Notes under the pieces: generated by a model
Seen by the model: only the letters and a program-made list of their open reading frames with translations
Told to the model about the DNA's origin: nothing
Databases searched by the model: none
Part shown: one piece after another, positions 54,352 to 64,000 of the stretch
How positions within the stretch are numbered: the first letter of the stretch is position 1
How the letters are laid out: each line of letters opens with the position of its first letter
Origin: a virus
Virus record (IMG/VR): IMGVR_UViG_3300023174_003073
Location: 64,001 to 128,000 of that record
Direction: 5' to 3' (one strand)
Length of the DNA: 64,000 nt
Program-made: the position numbers and the translations under genes

Positions 54352-56505
54352 TTAAGCATTGGGTAAAATTGTTTTTCTAGGGAATAAAACGACAACATCA
54401 TATTTATCCAAAGGATCCGGAACTGGAGTAGCACTAGGTAAATCAGTCCAAGCAGGAACTGATAGTTTAGTATTCCAATTATAAGTTGCACTCTTGTCTA
54501 CCATTAACCTATCTATAGTAAAATCAATTTCATTTAGTTTATGTGACCAATTATTATTAATTAGGTCTTTAATAACTGTTGCTTTACCTGGCTTAGTATA
54601 ACATATCACCCATGCTTGAACAAAACCTAATGTTTCACTATTTGTTTGCTGTGTTACCATCCACTTAGGTAACAATCTACTATCAAAATTTTGTGTCATA
54701 GCTGTAGTAATACTGGATCTCATATTCTGCAATCCTGCAGGATATAATATACGAACTGATCCTGGACTTTGACTGGTTTTAATTGATCCACTACTAATTG
54801 AATACTGTGTTGTGTTAGTAACAAACGACCCTTGACGTAGACTGATATTCTTATACCAGTGTAAATCATCTGCTAATTTATTACCATCAATACTTTCTAA
54901 GTCATCTATAATTTTACTATATACAACTTCATATAGAATATTGCCATTATCGTCGGTTGCTACAGCAGTGTCAATTGGACCCAATACAATTTTTCGTCTA
55001 TAATGATTTTTTTGTATAGCATCAATGTATTTCTCTAGTGTGCTTGATTCCATGCCATAAACATGAACAAAACTAACATCTTTTGCTTTTCCAAAATACA
55101 TATCATCTGCTCTGAATAGGTATTCATCTGGAATTAATGTCTTGTCCGTAAGTAGAGATTGAATTGTTCGCTTTCCTTTTAAATCAGGAAGTGCTTTTAG
55201 ATATATATTTTCAAGTGGGTTAGGGTAATATTGATTTACGTTAATCGTAAATGTTTTAAAACTATGAAGTAAAGGGTATTCAGGGGAAAAACTTTCAACA
55301 GTAAAAGTAAAAAGTGTATCAGCACCCTCAGGTAATGCTCTTAGTGTTCCGGGTTGTTCTGCTACTCGACCTGTTATTTCACCGTTACTTTGTAAAATTA
55401 AATTATTCGGTAGTGAGCCTGATGTTATTCTATAATTAAGTATATGTGCTGATGTTGCTTTAACCTGTAACATACTAATTGTACCATTCAATATGGTTCC
55501 TAAACTAGTATCAGTATCCCAAACAATATCTTCGTCTATTTCATTTTTAATAGTAAAAACAAATGTTTCTTTTTTAGAAACTAATGCAGGCTTTATTTTT
55601 TTAGCAACAGTAACAGAAATAGTATAACTAAAAACACCCTTTCTTTCCAATATTGGTTTTCCAGTAATCCACCCAGTTGTTTTATTCCCTACTAAACCTT
55701 TAGGCAAATCACCATACTGATATATGAAATCATTATTATCAAAATCTTCACCTAGGATTTTAAATGAAAAATATTCATTGGCTTTAATTGTAGGAAGTGT
55801 TCTGTTATTTAAAACATAATAATCATAGTAAGGATCGTCAGGAAGAATAGGTTCAGACTTTGGTTTTCTATTTAAAATTACAGGGATTCTTGTGTTTTGT
55901 AATCCACCTAATTCTTTGTTACGTACTTCAATTGAATACACAACAGTATCATTTCCTAATTCACTGGTTAATTGAACTGAGAATGTATATGTTTTTGTTG
56001 TAGGACTTCTGTCACCTAACACTGGTTTATCAGGATATCCCTTAATAAGACCGGTAGAATTTATATACAATCCCGGAGGTAAACTACCAGATGAAATTGA
56101 TGTGGTTACAACATTATCTGCGGAAGGATTAGAATATTTCAATTGATAAGAAACATACACACTATCAATTACATGTAGTATAGTTCCCGGTAATGTAGTT
56201 AGTTTAGGTTTATTTTCTGCACCTGAAATACTTATATTAAAGGATCTGTCTCGGATATTATTTAAATCGTCTGTTGCACGTATAGTGAAATTATATTCCT
56301 GAACAGTTGATGTATTTACTGGCGTACCAGAAATTGTTCCAAATCGACTTAAAGTGGTACCTACAGGTATCATACCACTTAGTAATTTATATTGGACTAA
56401 TGTTGCAGGAAACACCGCACCTGCACTTAACTGAACTACAAGAGGTAATCCTGTTGGGAAGGTACCTAAGTAACCTGAATTTGTAATCCAATTTGGTTGT
56501 GACAT
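54352..56505 (-). CDS. Multi-Ig (He_PIG-like) baseplate/tail protein
   Basis: Repeated SG.LP.GL.L...G.I.G.P...Y.F.V units. Confidence 0.8.
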   Translation of the reverse strand: MSQPNWITNSGYLGTFPTGLPLVVQLSAGAVFPATLVQYKLLSGMIPVGTTLSRFGTISGTPVNTSTVQEYNFTIRATDDLNNIRDRSFNISISGAENKPKLTTLPGTILHVIDSVYVSYQLKYSNPSADNVVTTSISSGSLPPGLYINSTGLIKGYPDKPVLGDRSPTTKTYTFSVQLTSELGNDTVVYSIEVRNKELGGLQNTRIPVILNRKPKSEPILPDDPYYDYYVLNNRTLPTIKANEYFSFKILGEDFDNNDFIYQYGDLPKGLVGNKTTGWITGKPILERKGVFSYTISVTVAKKIKPALVSKKETFVFTIKNEIDEDIVWDTDTSLGTILNGTISMLQVKATSAHILNYRITSGSLPNNLILQSNGEITGRVAEQPGTLRALPEGADTLFTFTVESFSPEYPLLHSFKTFTINVNQYYPNPLENIYLKALPDLKGKRTIQSLLTDKTLIPDEYLFRADDMYFGKAKDVSFVHVYGMESSTLEKYIDAIQKNHYRRKIVLGPIDTAVATDDNGNILYEVVYSKIIDDLESIDGNKLADDLHWYKNISLRQGSFVTNTTQYSISSGSIKTSQSPGSVRILYPAGLQNMRSSITTAMTQNFDSRLLPKWMVTQQTNSETLGFVQAWVICYTKPGKATVIKDLINNNWSHKLNEIDFTIDRLMVDKSATYNWNTKLSVPAWTDLPSATPVPDPLDKYDVVVLFPRKTILPNA

Positions 56506-56506
56506 A

Positions 56507-57130
56507 TTAATGTCCTTGCAATAAATCTAACGCAAGATGATAATGATGCTGTCTATCTTCCAATCCAATAGTTCCGCCGTTAATGCGTTTTGTTAGTGTA
56601 ACAAAATCATCATTGTCACAGTATTGATTTAAATTGTTATTGTCCCAGAACCAACCAGCAGAACTGACTGCACCTTCGGGTGTTTCTAAGTAAGCAACTG
56701 TTTCTTCAACACTAATACCTAAATCGGCTGCAAACTTAGTATAGTTGGCGCGACCGGTCAATTGAATTAAACCACGACCACAGAAACGATATCCGTCTCC
56801 ACTTGCCTCGTCACCGTTACTCATGCGATTTGCATAAACACGATTAGCAATCTTTTCAGGCTTACGTTCATATTGTCTTGCTAAGTCATCAGTGGGGAAA
56901 TACTTTTTAAAAGTACCCATCAATCCTTTAGCACTATAGTTTAGATTCTCTTTAACAAAATTAAAACCACCTGATTCATGTGCAGTCTGTGCAACGAATG
57001 CTGCCGCTCTACGCATGTTATCATACATGTCATAGTATTCTGCAACTTCATGCAAAGGTTGTGCATATACTTGTAGTACTGTTGCTTTTGTCTTTGGGCA
57101 TAATGCCTTTAATAATTCTAATGTTATCAT
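56507..57130 (-). CDS. GH19 chitinase-like endolysin
   Basis: AQ.AHESGGF, ENLNYS, GRGLIQLTG..NY, TKRINGG..GL.DR. Confidence 0.93.
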   Translation of the reverse strand: MITLELLKALCPKTKATVLQVYAQPLHEVAEYYDMYDNMRRAAAFVAQTAHESGGFNFVKENLNYSAKGLMGTFKKYFPTDDLARQYERKPEKIANRVYANRMSNGDEASGDGYRFCGRGLIQLTGRANYTKFAADLGISVEETVAYLETPEGAVSSAGWFWDNNNLNQYCDNDDFVTLTKRINGGTIGLEDRQHHYHLALDLLQGH

Positions 57131-57141
57131 AATTTTTCCTT

Positions 57142-60100
57142 TTAAGCGTAAACTGCTGTTAGAGCATACCATTTAGTTAAACTACCTGCAACTAAATGTA
57201 TTCTTGCTCCTGGTCCTAATGGATAAGAAGCAATGCCTTCGACTGTTACTCCTGTACCTTGTGGCAGAATATTAATAGTCTGTGCTGAGTCATTAAACAC
57301 ATACAATTGTCTACCAATAGAAACTGTAGGTGTTAATACATTATACGGGGTTGCACCTACCGCTGTAATAATGTTAATTGTTTTATTCATAACCGGATTG
57401 TTAGAGGCTGCAGTTAGACCCTGATTTGAACTGAAGTTAACATGACTATCTGCGGCGTCAGTAACAACTAAACCACCTAATGTTGCTAAACCAGTACTAA
57501 TACCATTCGTAACTGTTAGGCTGTTTAGTGTACCTACACCAGTAATGTTAGTATATGACCCTGGGGCAATACCATAAGTTAATGATGAACTTGATACATT
57601 ACCAATAATATTTGCACCGTTGGCTGCTGTAATAAAGAAACCATTTGCAAGTATGTTACCTGCATTTAAGTTACCTGCTAATGAAAGAGCACCGTTTGTA
57701 GTAAATGTTGCATTACTTGCACCTGCGCCAACAACTAAACTAATCAAATTACCAACTTGTGTAATTGCTGTTTGTGAACTACCAGTGACAGTTGTTGCGC
57801 TGCCTGCAGTTGATGCTGTGTTGGCTGCACTTGCTAGTGCTACGTAACCTGTAACATTTCCACCAACTAAATTAGACAAGCCACTACCCACACCAGTAAA
57901 TGCGCTGGCAATTATATTACCTGTTGCTGTTAATCCACCACCAAATGTAGCTGAACCAGTACTTATTAAGAATGGTCTAATATTCAATGATGCAAGTGTT
58001 GTAACAATTGCTCCGGTGGGAGTTAATGTTGCAGTAAACGTAAATGTTCTTGCACCGGTTACTGTGATGACGAACCAATTTGGATTACCACCACCAACGT
58101 TTGGTGGGTTAGTTGTCGCTGTCGTACCAGTTAATGTAATCTCAGTGCCTGTTGTTGCATTATGATTTGTAGAAGTAGTTACAGTTATTAAATTACCAAC
58201 GTTAGTAATAGAAGTGATACCAATTAATGTACTAGGTAAACTTAAATTTCCTACGTTTGCTGTTCCGGTAACTGCTAATATACCACTAGCTACTAAGTTA
58301 GCTCCTGAGACATTTCCTGATACTGAAACTAATGTACCATTGATATCTCTAGTTGTGATGTTACCTATGCTTGCATTTCCAGTAACTGTCAATAATCCAT
58401 TGGTTACTAAGTTGCCACCTGATATATTACCAACAGCAGTCATTATACCACTAGATTTCAAAATACCTGCCTCAACATTGCCACTTAGGAACATATGTGG
58501 TGCAGAAAGATTACCAGCAAAACTAGATTGTGCAGTACCAGTGACTGTCAGTACACCACCAATGCTAGCCTCGCCAGTTGAAGTGATAGAACCCGGTGTA
58601 GTTAAGTTACCAAATCTTGCATTACCTGTTATGTTTGCATTTGCACCATTAAAGTCACTTGCTTGGAAAGTTGTTCCTGAAATCAATGAAGAAACAGATA
58701 AGTTTATTAGACCAGTTAAACTTCCTAAAATTTCAGCATTACCACCTACTCTTAATCGTCCGTCAAATATACCTGAACCTGCACTAGTAATTAAAGGTCT
58801 TACTGTAATCGTAATTGTTCCGCCTAATGTACCTGTTGGGGCAACTGCGGCTGTTACAGTGAATGTTGTTGGGTTACCACCTGAGTTAGGTGTAGCAGGT
58901 ACAGTTGTTACTAAGAATACCCCGTTTGGTGCATTTGTACCTGTAGTTGTAACTCCGGATATTACTACTTCAGTACCAACAGTTAAACCATGTGCTATAG
59001 TACTTGTAACAGTAATTGCAGTGCCTACATATGAAACAGATATTGTTCCTGACAATGTAGTTGCGGTTGGGAATCTTAAATTACCAACATTAGCTTGTCC
59101 TGACACTAATAATGCACCACCAACGTTAGCATTACCAGATGCTACTACGTGTGTCATACTTGCATTACCAACGATAGCATTACCTCTAACGTTTAAAATA
59201 CCTAACGTTTCTATATTACCGTGTGTACTATTACCTGATATGTTTGCAGTTGCTATGTTTGCAATACCGGTAATATTAGCATTAGCTGATTTAAGTAAAC
59301 CATTTAGTGTTGTAATATCACCAGTAGATGTAATATGCATTACATCAGCAATATTACCTATGTTCGCATTTGCAGTTACTCTAAACACACTACCAGAGAA
59401 GTTTGCATTACCTGTTGAATCGATATGTAATGATGTTAGCGTACCGGTAATATTTGAACTTAATGCTTTAATTAAACCTGTATTAGCATATAAACTGCCC
59501 GCAGTTTCTAACATAGCAACGTTTGCTATACCAGTAACATTAGCATTTTGTGAAACTAAATAACCAGAGGTAGCAGATACGTTACCTAATGCAACAACGC
59601 TAGACGTATTGACATTACCGGCGGATACATTTCCGGCAATACTTGCAGAACCAGCACTAGATAATATAGGTCTAATTGTAATAGAAGTACTTGCCCCTAC
59701 AGTAATTGGTGCTGAAGGTGCTACATTAACTATAAATTCGAATCTGTTTGCATCAACTATATTAGAAACAGTCCAAGTACCATTAGTTGTTGTACTTGCA
59801 TTTGTTACAACAATTGTTGCTCCAACTACTGTCATACCGTGAGGATCTACAGTAGTAACACGAATAGTCGTACCAACATACAATATTGATGTAATCTTAG
59901 ATGTACCGGTTAGTACAACTGTTGGTAAAGTCATATGCGATACATTAGCTGTACCAGCAACAGTCAATTGTCCAGGTGTTGATAAGTTACCACCAGTCAA
60001 TGTATTAGTTGCAACTAAGTTTGCAGCCTGAACATTTGCTTGAGATGTAATATTACCTGCTTGTGTTACTTCACCAAATTGTGCTTCTGCTGACACATTG

Positions 60101-62910
60101 AATAGTGATCCAGTGAATCTTGCATTACCTGAACTATTAACATGTAACAAAGTAGCAGTTCCAGTAATATTAGTATTGGCTGCTCTTAATAATCCACTGT
60201 TTGCATATAAATCACCAGAAGCAGTTAAGTGTGTAGTACTTGCATTACCAAATGTACCTGTACCAGTGACACTTAATGTTCCACCAAATACCCCCGAACC
60301 TGTACTTGTCATTAATGGTTTAATAGATAGTGTTGCGGCTCCTGAGCCAACACTACCTGTTGGTGTTGATGTTGCGGTAAATGTGAATGATGTTGTAGAA
60401 ACAATTGTTGCAACTATCCAAGTACCGTTAGGTGGATTAGTAGTTGCTGTCAATCCACTAATAGTAATCTGTGCACCTGCAACTGCCATACCATGGTCAT
60501 TAGACGTAGTTACTGTTACCGTTGTACCAATATATGTTACACTTGATACTGCTACTGTAGTTATGTTAGGTAATACAACATGTGAGAAGTTAGCAGTACC
60601 GTTAACACTTAATGCATTACCATACATTGCACTTGCAGATACATTACCACCAGTAACATTACCGGCAGTAATTGCAGTAATGTTAGCATTGGCTGCATTT
60701 ACCCAGCCACTTGTGGCGTTGATATTACCAGGTGTTCCTAAATTACCAAACTGTGCGTTACCTGTGATGTTTGCATTCTGTGCATTGACCCAGGCTGCTG
60801 TTGCATTAATATTACCAGTAGCAAAAATTTGTTGTGATACAGTGACATTCCCTTGTGATGTTAGTGTACCTACGTTTGCTATACCATCAATGCTTGCATT
60901 ACCTGTAGTTTTAAATGACCCTACATTAGCAAGACCTGAACTTACAAAACTACCACCGATTGTAATTGAAGTATTAGCACCGCCGTTAATATTACCTGTA
61001 GCTACAATAATACCTGTTGATAAGTTGCCTGCGCTTGCATTACCTACTACTGCTAGAATACCACCAGTAGTTATATTTGCACCATCTAGATTTCCTCTTG
61101 CAGACAAATCTAATGTTGTTAATTTTGTTGTTACGTTTACGTTAGCAGTTGTTACATTACCTGCATTGACAATAGTACCGTTGATGTTGGCGCCACCTTC
61201 TAATGCAGCCGAACCCACAACTCTGATAATACCGCTGGCAATAAGATTAGCACCACTGACGTTACCTGATACACTTACGACTGTACCATCTAATCTTGTT
61301 GTTGTAATATTACCTACGTTTGCGTTACCCTGAACACGTAAAATTCCATTGGTTACTAGATTTGCACCAGTAACATTACCAGTAACGTCTGCATCACCTC
61401 TACTAATTAAGGAAGCAACGTTTGCTGATGATGTAGCAAACATAATACCAGTTGACACTAAATTACCAGCAGAAAGATTTGCTGTAATTGACATTAAACC
61501 TGTTGTTCTATTATATGTAGCACCAGTATGTGCGTTAGCAATACCACCGTCATTGAATAATAGTTGTGTAGTAGTTCCAGGAACTCCGATGTTACCTGAG
61601 ATATTACCACTAACGTTTCCAGATACATTACCTGTCATAGTCCCAGATAAATTTCCACTGATGTTACCGGATACATTACCTGCAACATTTCCTGAGAAAT
61701 CCCCTGAGATATTGCCGCTGACATTACCAGAGACATTACCAGTTAAAGTACCAAGTACATTTCCTGACATTGTGCCTACAGTCATTGTAGTTGCACTAAA
61801 GAATCCTGCATTCATTCTGGCTGCATCAACATTACCAGTCAATGAAATATTTCCACCGGTCATGTTACCTTCAACTGCTAATCCATCTAATAAACCTACT
61901 TTTCTAATATTAGGTTGATTAGCAGATTGTACTGTACCAGTGATGAATGTTGCACTGATATTACCAATTGCGGCATTACCGTCAACGTTTAGTGTAACTA
62001 GATTACCTAAACTAGTAATGTTAGGTTGATTGTTGCTTGTAACTTGTAATGCACGATCGGCAGTTCCAGTTAAATTACCAGTAACATTACCCAATAAACT
62101 ACCAGTAACATTACCTTGAATAGCAGGTGATATCAATGTACCGGCAACTTGTAGACTTGTTAATGTACCAACAGATGTAATATTAGGTTGAGCATTGCCA
62201 CTTACTACACTTGCATTTGATGCAGGTCCAATGAATGTTCCATAATAATTTCTAGCATATACATCTTGTGTTACATTTACACTTTGATTGATGTTTATAT
62301 TTCCGTTAGTTACATTGAAATCACCAGTAAGATTTAGTGTCGTACCAGTATATACTAATCTAGATGCGGCTGCTAAGTTACCGCGATTATTAAATAATAC
62401 CTGAGTATTTGCACCGGGTGCAGAGAATGTACCTGATATAGTTCCACCAACCAAGTTACCAACAAAGTTGGCTGCTGTTACATTACCTGTTACACCTAAA
62501 GATACTAATGTACCAACACTAGTAATGTAAGGTTGTGAGGGAGTACGTAATGTACCATAAATATTAGTAGATGTTAAATTAGCTACTGTAATATTACCAG
62601 ACAAACCAATAACAAACGGAGTTTGACCGTTAGTAATTGTTGCTGAATTTCCAGTAGCGGCTCCGATACCCACTGCTAATCCAGATCCTGTTTGTATTGT
62701 TACACTTGGTATATTTGCAGTTATAACTACTGACCCAGTAGTTCTATTTTGTGCTAGTCCACTACCTGTGGTTAATGATACAACACCTGTTGTAAGTGTT
62801 GTTGAATATAAATCTGTAAAGTTATTCTGTACCTTGGCAAAGGCTGCTCGTATCGGGTCGGCAGCAGGGTCATTTGGGAATGCGCCGAAATCTATAATTT
62901 GTTGTGCCAT
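57142..62910 (-). CDS. Giant Gly/Asn/Thr-rich tail fibre (1922 aa)
   Basis: gp9/gp10-like N-terminus PNDPAADPIRAAFAKVQNNF; QPNITSVG.L repeats; GN-rich beta repeats with four inserted domains. Confidence 0.85.
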   Translation of the reverse strand: MAQQIIDFGAFPNDPAADPIRAAFAKVQNNFTDLYSTTLTTGVVSLTTGSGLAQNRTTGSVVITANIPSVTIQTGSGLAVGIGAATGNSATITNGQTPFVIGLSGNITVANLTSTNIYGTLRTPSQPYITSVGTLVSLGVTGNVTAANFVGNLVGGTISGTFSAPGANTQVLFNNRGNLAAASRLVYTGTTLNLTGDFNVTNGNININQSVNVTQDVYARNYYGTFIGPASNASVVSGNAQPNITSVGTLTSLQVAGTLISPAIQGNVTGSLLGNVTGNLTGTADRALQVTSNNQPNITSLGNLVTLNVDGNAAIGNISATFITGTVQSANQPNIRKVGLLDGLAVEGNMTGGNISLTGNVDAARMNAGFFSATTMTVGTMSGNVLGTLTGNVSGNVSGNISGDFSGNVAGNVSGNISGNLSGTMTGNVSGNVSGNISGNIGVPGTTTQLLFNDGGIANAHTGATYNRTTGLMSITANLSAGNLVSTGIMFATSSANVASLISRGDADVTGNVTGANLVTNGILRVQGNANVGNITTTRLDGTVVSVSGNVSGANLIASGIIRVVGSAALEGGANINGTIVNAGNVTTANVNVTTKLTTLDLSARGNLDGANITTGGILAVVGNASAGNLSTGIIVATGNINGGANTSITIGGSFVSSGLANVGSFKTTGNASIDGIANVGTLTSQGNVTVSQQIFATGNINATAAWVNAQNANITGNAQFGNLGTPGNINATSGWVNAANANITAITAGNVTGGNVSASAMYGNALSVNGTANFSHVVLPNITTVAVSSVTYIGTTVTVTTSNDHGMAVAGAQITISGLTATTNPPNGTWIVATIVSTTSFTFTATSTPTGSVGSGAATLSIKPLMTSTGSGVFGGTLSVTGTGTFGNASTTHLTASGDLYANSGLLRAANTNITGTATLLHVNSSGNARFTGSLFNVSAEAQFGEVTQAGNITSQANVQAANLVATNTLTGGNLSTPGQLTVAGTANVSHMTLPTVVLTGTSKITSILYVGTTIRVTTVDPHGMTVVGATIVVTNASTTTNGTWTVSNIVDANRFEFIVNVAPSAPITVGASTSITIRPILSSAGSASIAGNVSAGNVNTSSVVALGNVSATSGYLVSQNANVTGIANVAMLETAGSLYANTGLIKALSSNITGTLTSLHIDSTGNANFSGSVFRVTANANIGNIADVMHITSTGDITTLNGLLKSANANITGIANIATANISGNSTHGNIETLGILNVRGNAIVGNASMTHVVASGNANVGGALLVSGQANVGNLRFPTATTLSGTISVSYVGTAITVTSTIAHGLTVGTEVVISGVTTTGTNAPNGVFLVTTVPATPNSGGNPTTFTVTAAVAPTGTLGGTITITVRPLITSAGSGIFDGRLRVGGNAEILGSLTGLINLSVSSLISGTTFQASDFNGANANITGNARFGNLTTPGSITSTGEASIGGVLTVTGTAQSSFAGNLSAPHMFLSGNVEAGILKSSGIMTAVGNISGGNLVTNGLLTVTGNASIGNITTRDINGTLVSVSGNVSGANLVASGILAVTGTANVGNLSLPSTLIGITSITNVGNLITVTTSTNHNATTGTEITLTGTTATTNPPNVGGGNPNWFVITVTGARTFTFTATLTPTGAIVTTLASLNIRPFLISTGSATFGGGLTATGNIIASAFTGVGSGLSNLVGGNVTGYVALASAANTASTAGSATTVTGSSQTAITQVGNLISLVVGAGASNATFTTNGALSLAGNLNAGNILANGFFITAANGANIIGNVSSSSLTYGIAPGSYTNITGVGTLNSLTVTNGISTGLATLGGLVVTDAADSHVNFSSNQGLTAASNNPVMNKTINIITAVGATPYNVLTPTVSIGRQLYVFNDSAQTINILPQGTGVTVEGIASYPLGPGARIHLVAGSLTKWYALTAVYA

Positions 62911-62960
62911 TTTATCCTACCTTATTAAGTATTTATCGTTTTTAATTAGTAAGAAGGGAC

Positions 62961-62992
62961 CAAAAAAATAGCCCGGAGAACCGAGCTATTTA
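62961..62992 (-). terminator. Rho-independent terminator, followed by late TAAATA promoter at 62930-62935
   Basis: AUAGCUCGG-UUCU-CCGGGCUAU followed by a U run. Confidence 0.8.
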
Positions 62993-63007
62993 AAGTACGG
63001 ATTTTTA

Positions 63008-64000
63008 TTATTTTATTCCGCTTAACTTTTTAAAGTCTTGTAGTAGACTTGTTGAATCTTTCAATAACGTTGTTTCAAAAGTAACTTGTGTTGGATTACC
63101 AACTGCTTGTGAACGCTTTTCTTTGTGCATGTCATTACCCATACTTAACAAATGCTTTAACTGTGCCATTTCTTCATGACCAGCTTCGTTTGCGTAATCT
63201 TCTTCAATACCTTCAGCATAAGGATTATCCGGTCCACGATATGCAGGGCGGGCTGCGCCTGGTAATTTTGATTTTGTTTGATGCCCTGGCCATGTGTTTC
63301 TAATATTAGTTTTTGCCACACCTTGCATTCGTTTCTTAAGTTCTTCCGGTGGTAGATTGCCAGCCTCAATATCATCTTGACGGTTTTGCAATCTATCAGG
63401 ACTACGCATCCACTCACCTGTATGGGCTTTGTTGTATTGTGCATTTTGTGCGGCATTTCCACCAAATTTTTCATCTAACTGGCCTTCTTCAACTTGCTCT
63501 TCACCTGGCTCGCATACGCAACGTGCTTCAAACATACCACATTCGTTACATGTTCCGTGGTCTCCGTGGTCATGACCAGCTTCTTTAACTTTACCTTTGT
63601 ATCCCGGAAAAGGGACATTTGCAGGATGTTTTTTATCAAACTCATCTTTTTCTGCAGGAGTTAATTCTTTACCTTCTTCTTCAAGACTGCTTGTATCTGT
63701 ATATTCCTTACCACCTATAGTGAATTCACCACCTTGAGGAGTATCTTTTAATTTCTCAGTCCATTCACTACCTTCATCTGTTTCTTCTTTACCATCTTCT
63801 TCATGGCTATGACCATCAGAACCATGTTGTGCTTGGTGATCGTCATCTGATCCTTCTTCGCTTTCATAGTCACTTGATGCTATGCCTTCTGGTTCGCCAC
63901 TGTCTTGAATGCCTGACATTTTCTTAATCAATGCCATCATATCATCACCGTCTCCAACTACCGCTGGACTCATTTCTGGTTCGGAACCAGCTCCTGTTGG
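63008..64000 (-). CDS. Acidic internal head/scaffold-like protein, N-terminus probably outside the window
   Basis: TDEG, LEEE, VKEA, VEEG, LDEK, IEED sites; KKLSGIK end; frame appears open to the window edge. Confidence 0.65.
   Translation of the reverse strand, partial: PTGAGSEPEMSPAVVGDGDDMMALIKKMSGIQDSGEPEGIASSDYESEEGSDDDHQAQHGSDGHSHEEDGKEETDEGSEWTEKLKDTPQGGEFTIGGKEYTDTSSLEEEGKELTPAEKDEFDKKHPANVPFPGYKGKVKEAGHDHGDHGTCNECGMFEARCVCEPGEEQVEEGQLDEKFGGNAAQNAQYNKAHTGEWMRSPDRLQNRQDDIEAGNLPPEELKKRMQGVAKTNIRNTWPGHQTKSKLPGAARPAYRGPDNPYAEGIEEDYANEAGHEEMAQLKHLLSMGNDMHKEKRSQAVGNPTQVTFETTLLKDSTSLLQDFKKLSGIK

Noticed and set aside
57233-61918. Long plus-strand ORFs (449, 411, 189 aa) opposite the giant fibre gene
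   Set aside because: Antisense shadows of a low-complexity Gly/Asn/Thr/Val gene; no SD or motifs, and composition mirrors the sense codons.
1-64000. Stop-codon reassignment, introns or inteins
   Set aside because: Core genes (ligase, pol B, ClpA, clamp loader) are full length under the standard code, with tight packing and no intein or intron signatures seen.
1-64000. tRNA/rRNA genes, integrase or transposase
   Set aside because: None recognisable by eye; intergenic gaps are short. A tRNAscan-SE run would confirm.

Overview
A 64-kb, AT-rich, gene-dense segment of a large T4-like/jumbo dsDNA phage. Nearly all genes are on the minus strand; phoH is the only clear plus-strand gene. From left to right: (1) 1-12 kb, an early/accessory region with DNA ligase, small ORFs driven by repeated sigma70 promoter cassettes, an alpha/beta hydrolase with phasin-like neighbours, RNase H/5'-3' exonuclease and a ParB-like + GIY-YIG-like pair. 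(2) 12.6-28 kb, a DNA modification and replication block: UvsE, GalE-like epimerase, two GT-B glycosyltransferases, QueE, QueD, a TagD-like cytidylyltransferase, FolE, a DpdL-like T-fold protein, a DpdA-like transglycosylase, sliding clamp and family B polymerase. (3) 28-43 kb, late genes, many of them enzymes with T4-like capsid-targeting leaders and protease sites. (4) 44-53 kb, ClpA, DnaJ, GroES, holin, PhoH, clamp loader and a DnaE fragment. (5) 53-64 kb, baseplate/tail proteins, a GH19 endolysin and a 1922-aa fibre. The best candidate novel system is a 7-deazaguanine pathway with no QueC in the window, interleaved with sugar/polyol activation and transfer genes, which suggests a glycosylated deazaguanine hypermodification. 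A preQ1-I-like RNA element and an SD-sequestering hairpin lie in the queD leader. Other leads are a predicted virion-packaged nucleotidyltransferase/ligase toolkit and an unannotated multi-hairpin RNA at about 33.65-33.73 kb. All protein calls come from motif recognition by eye; no searches were run.
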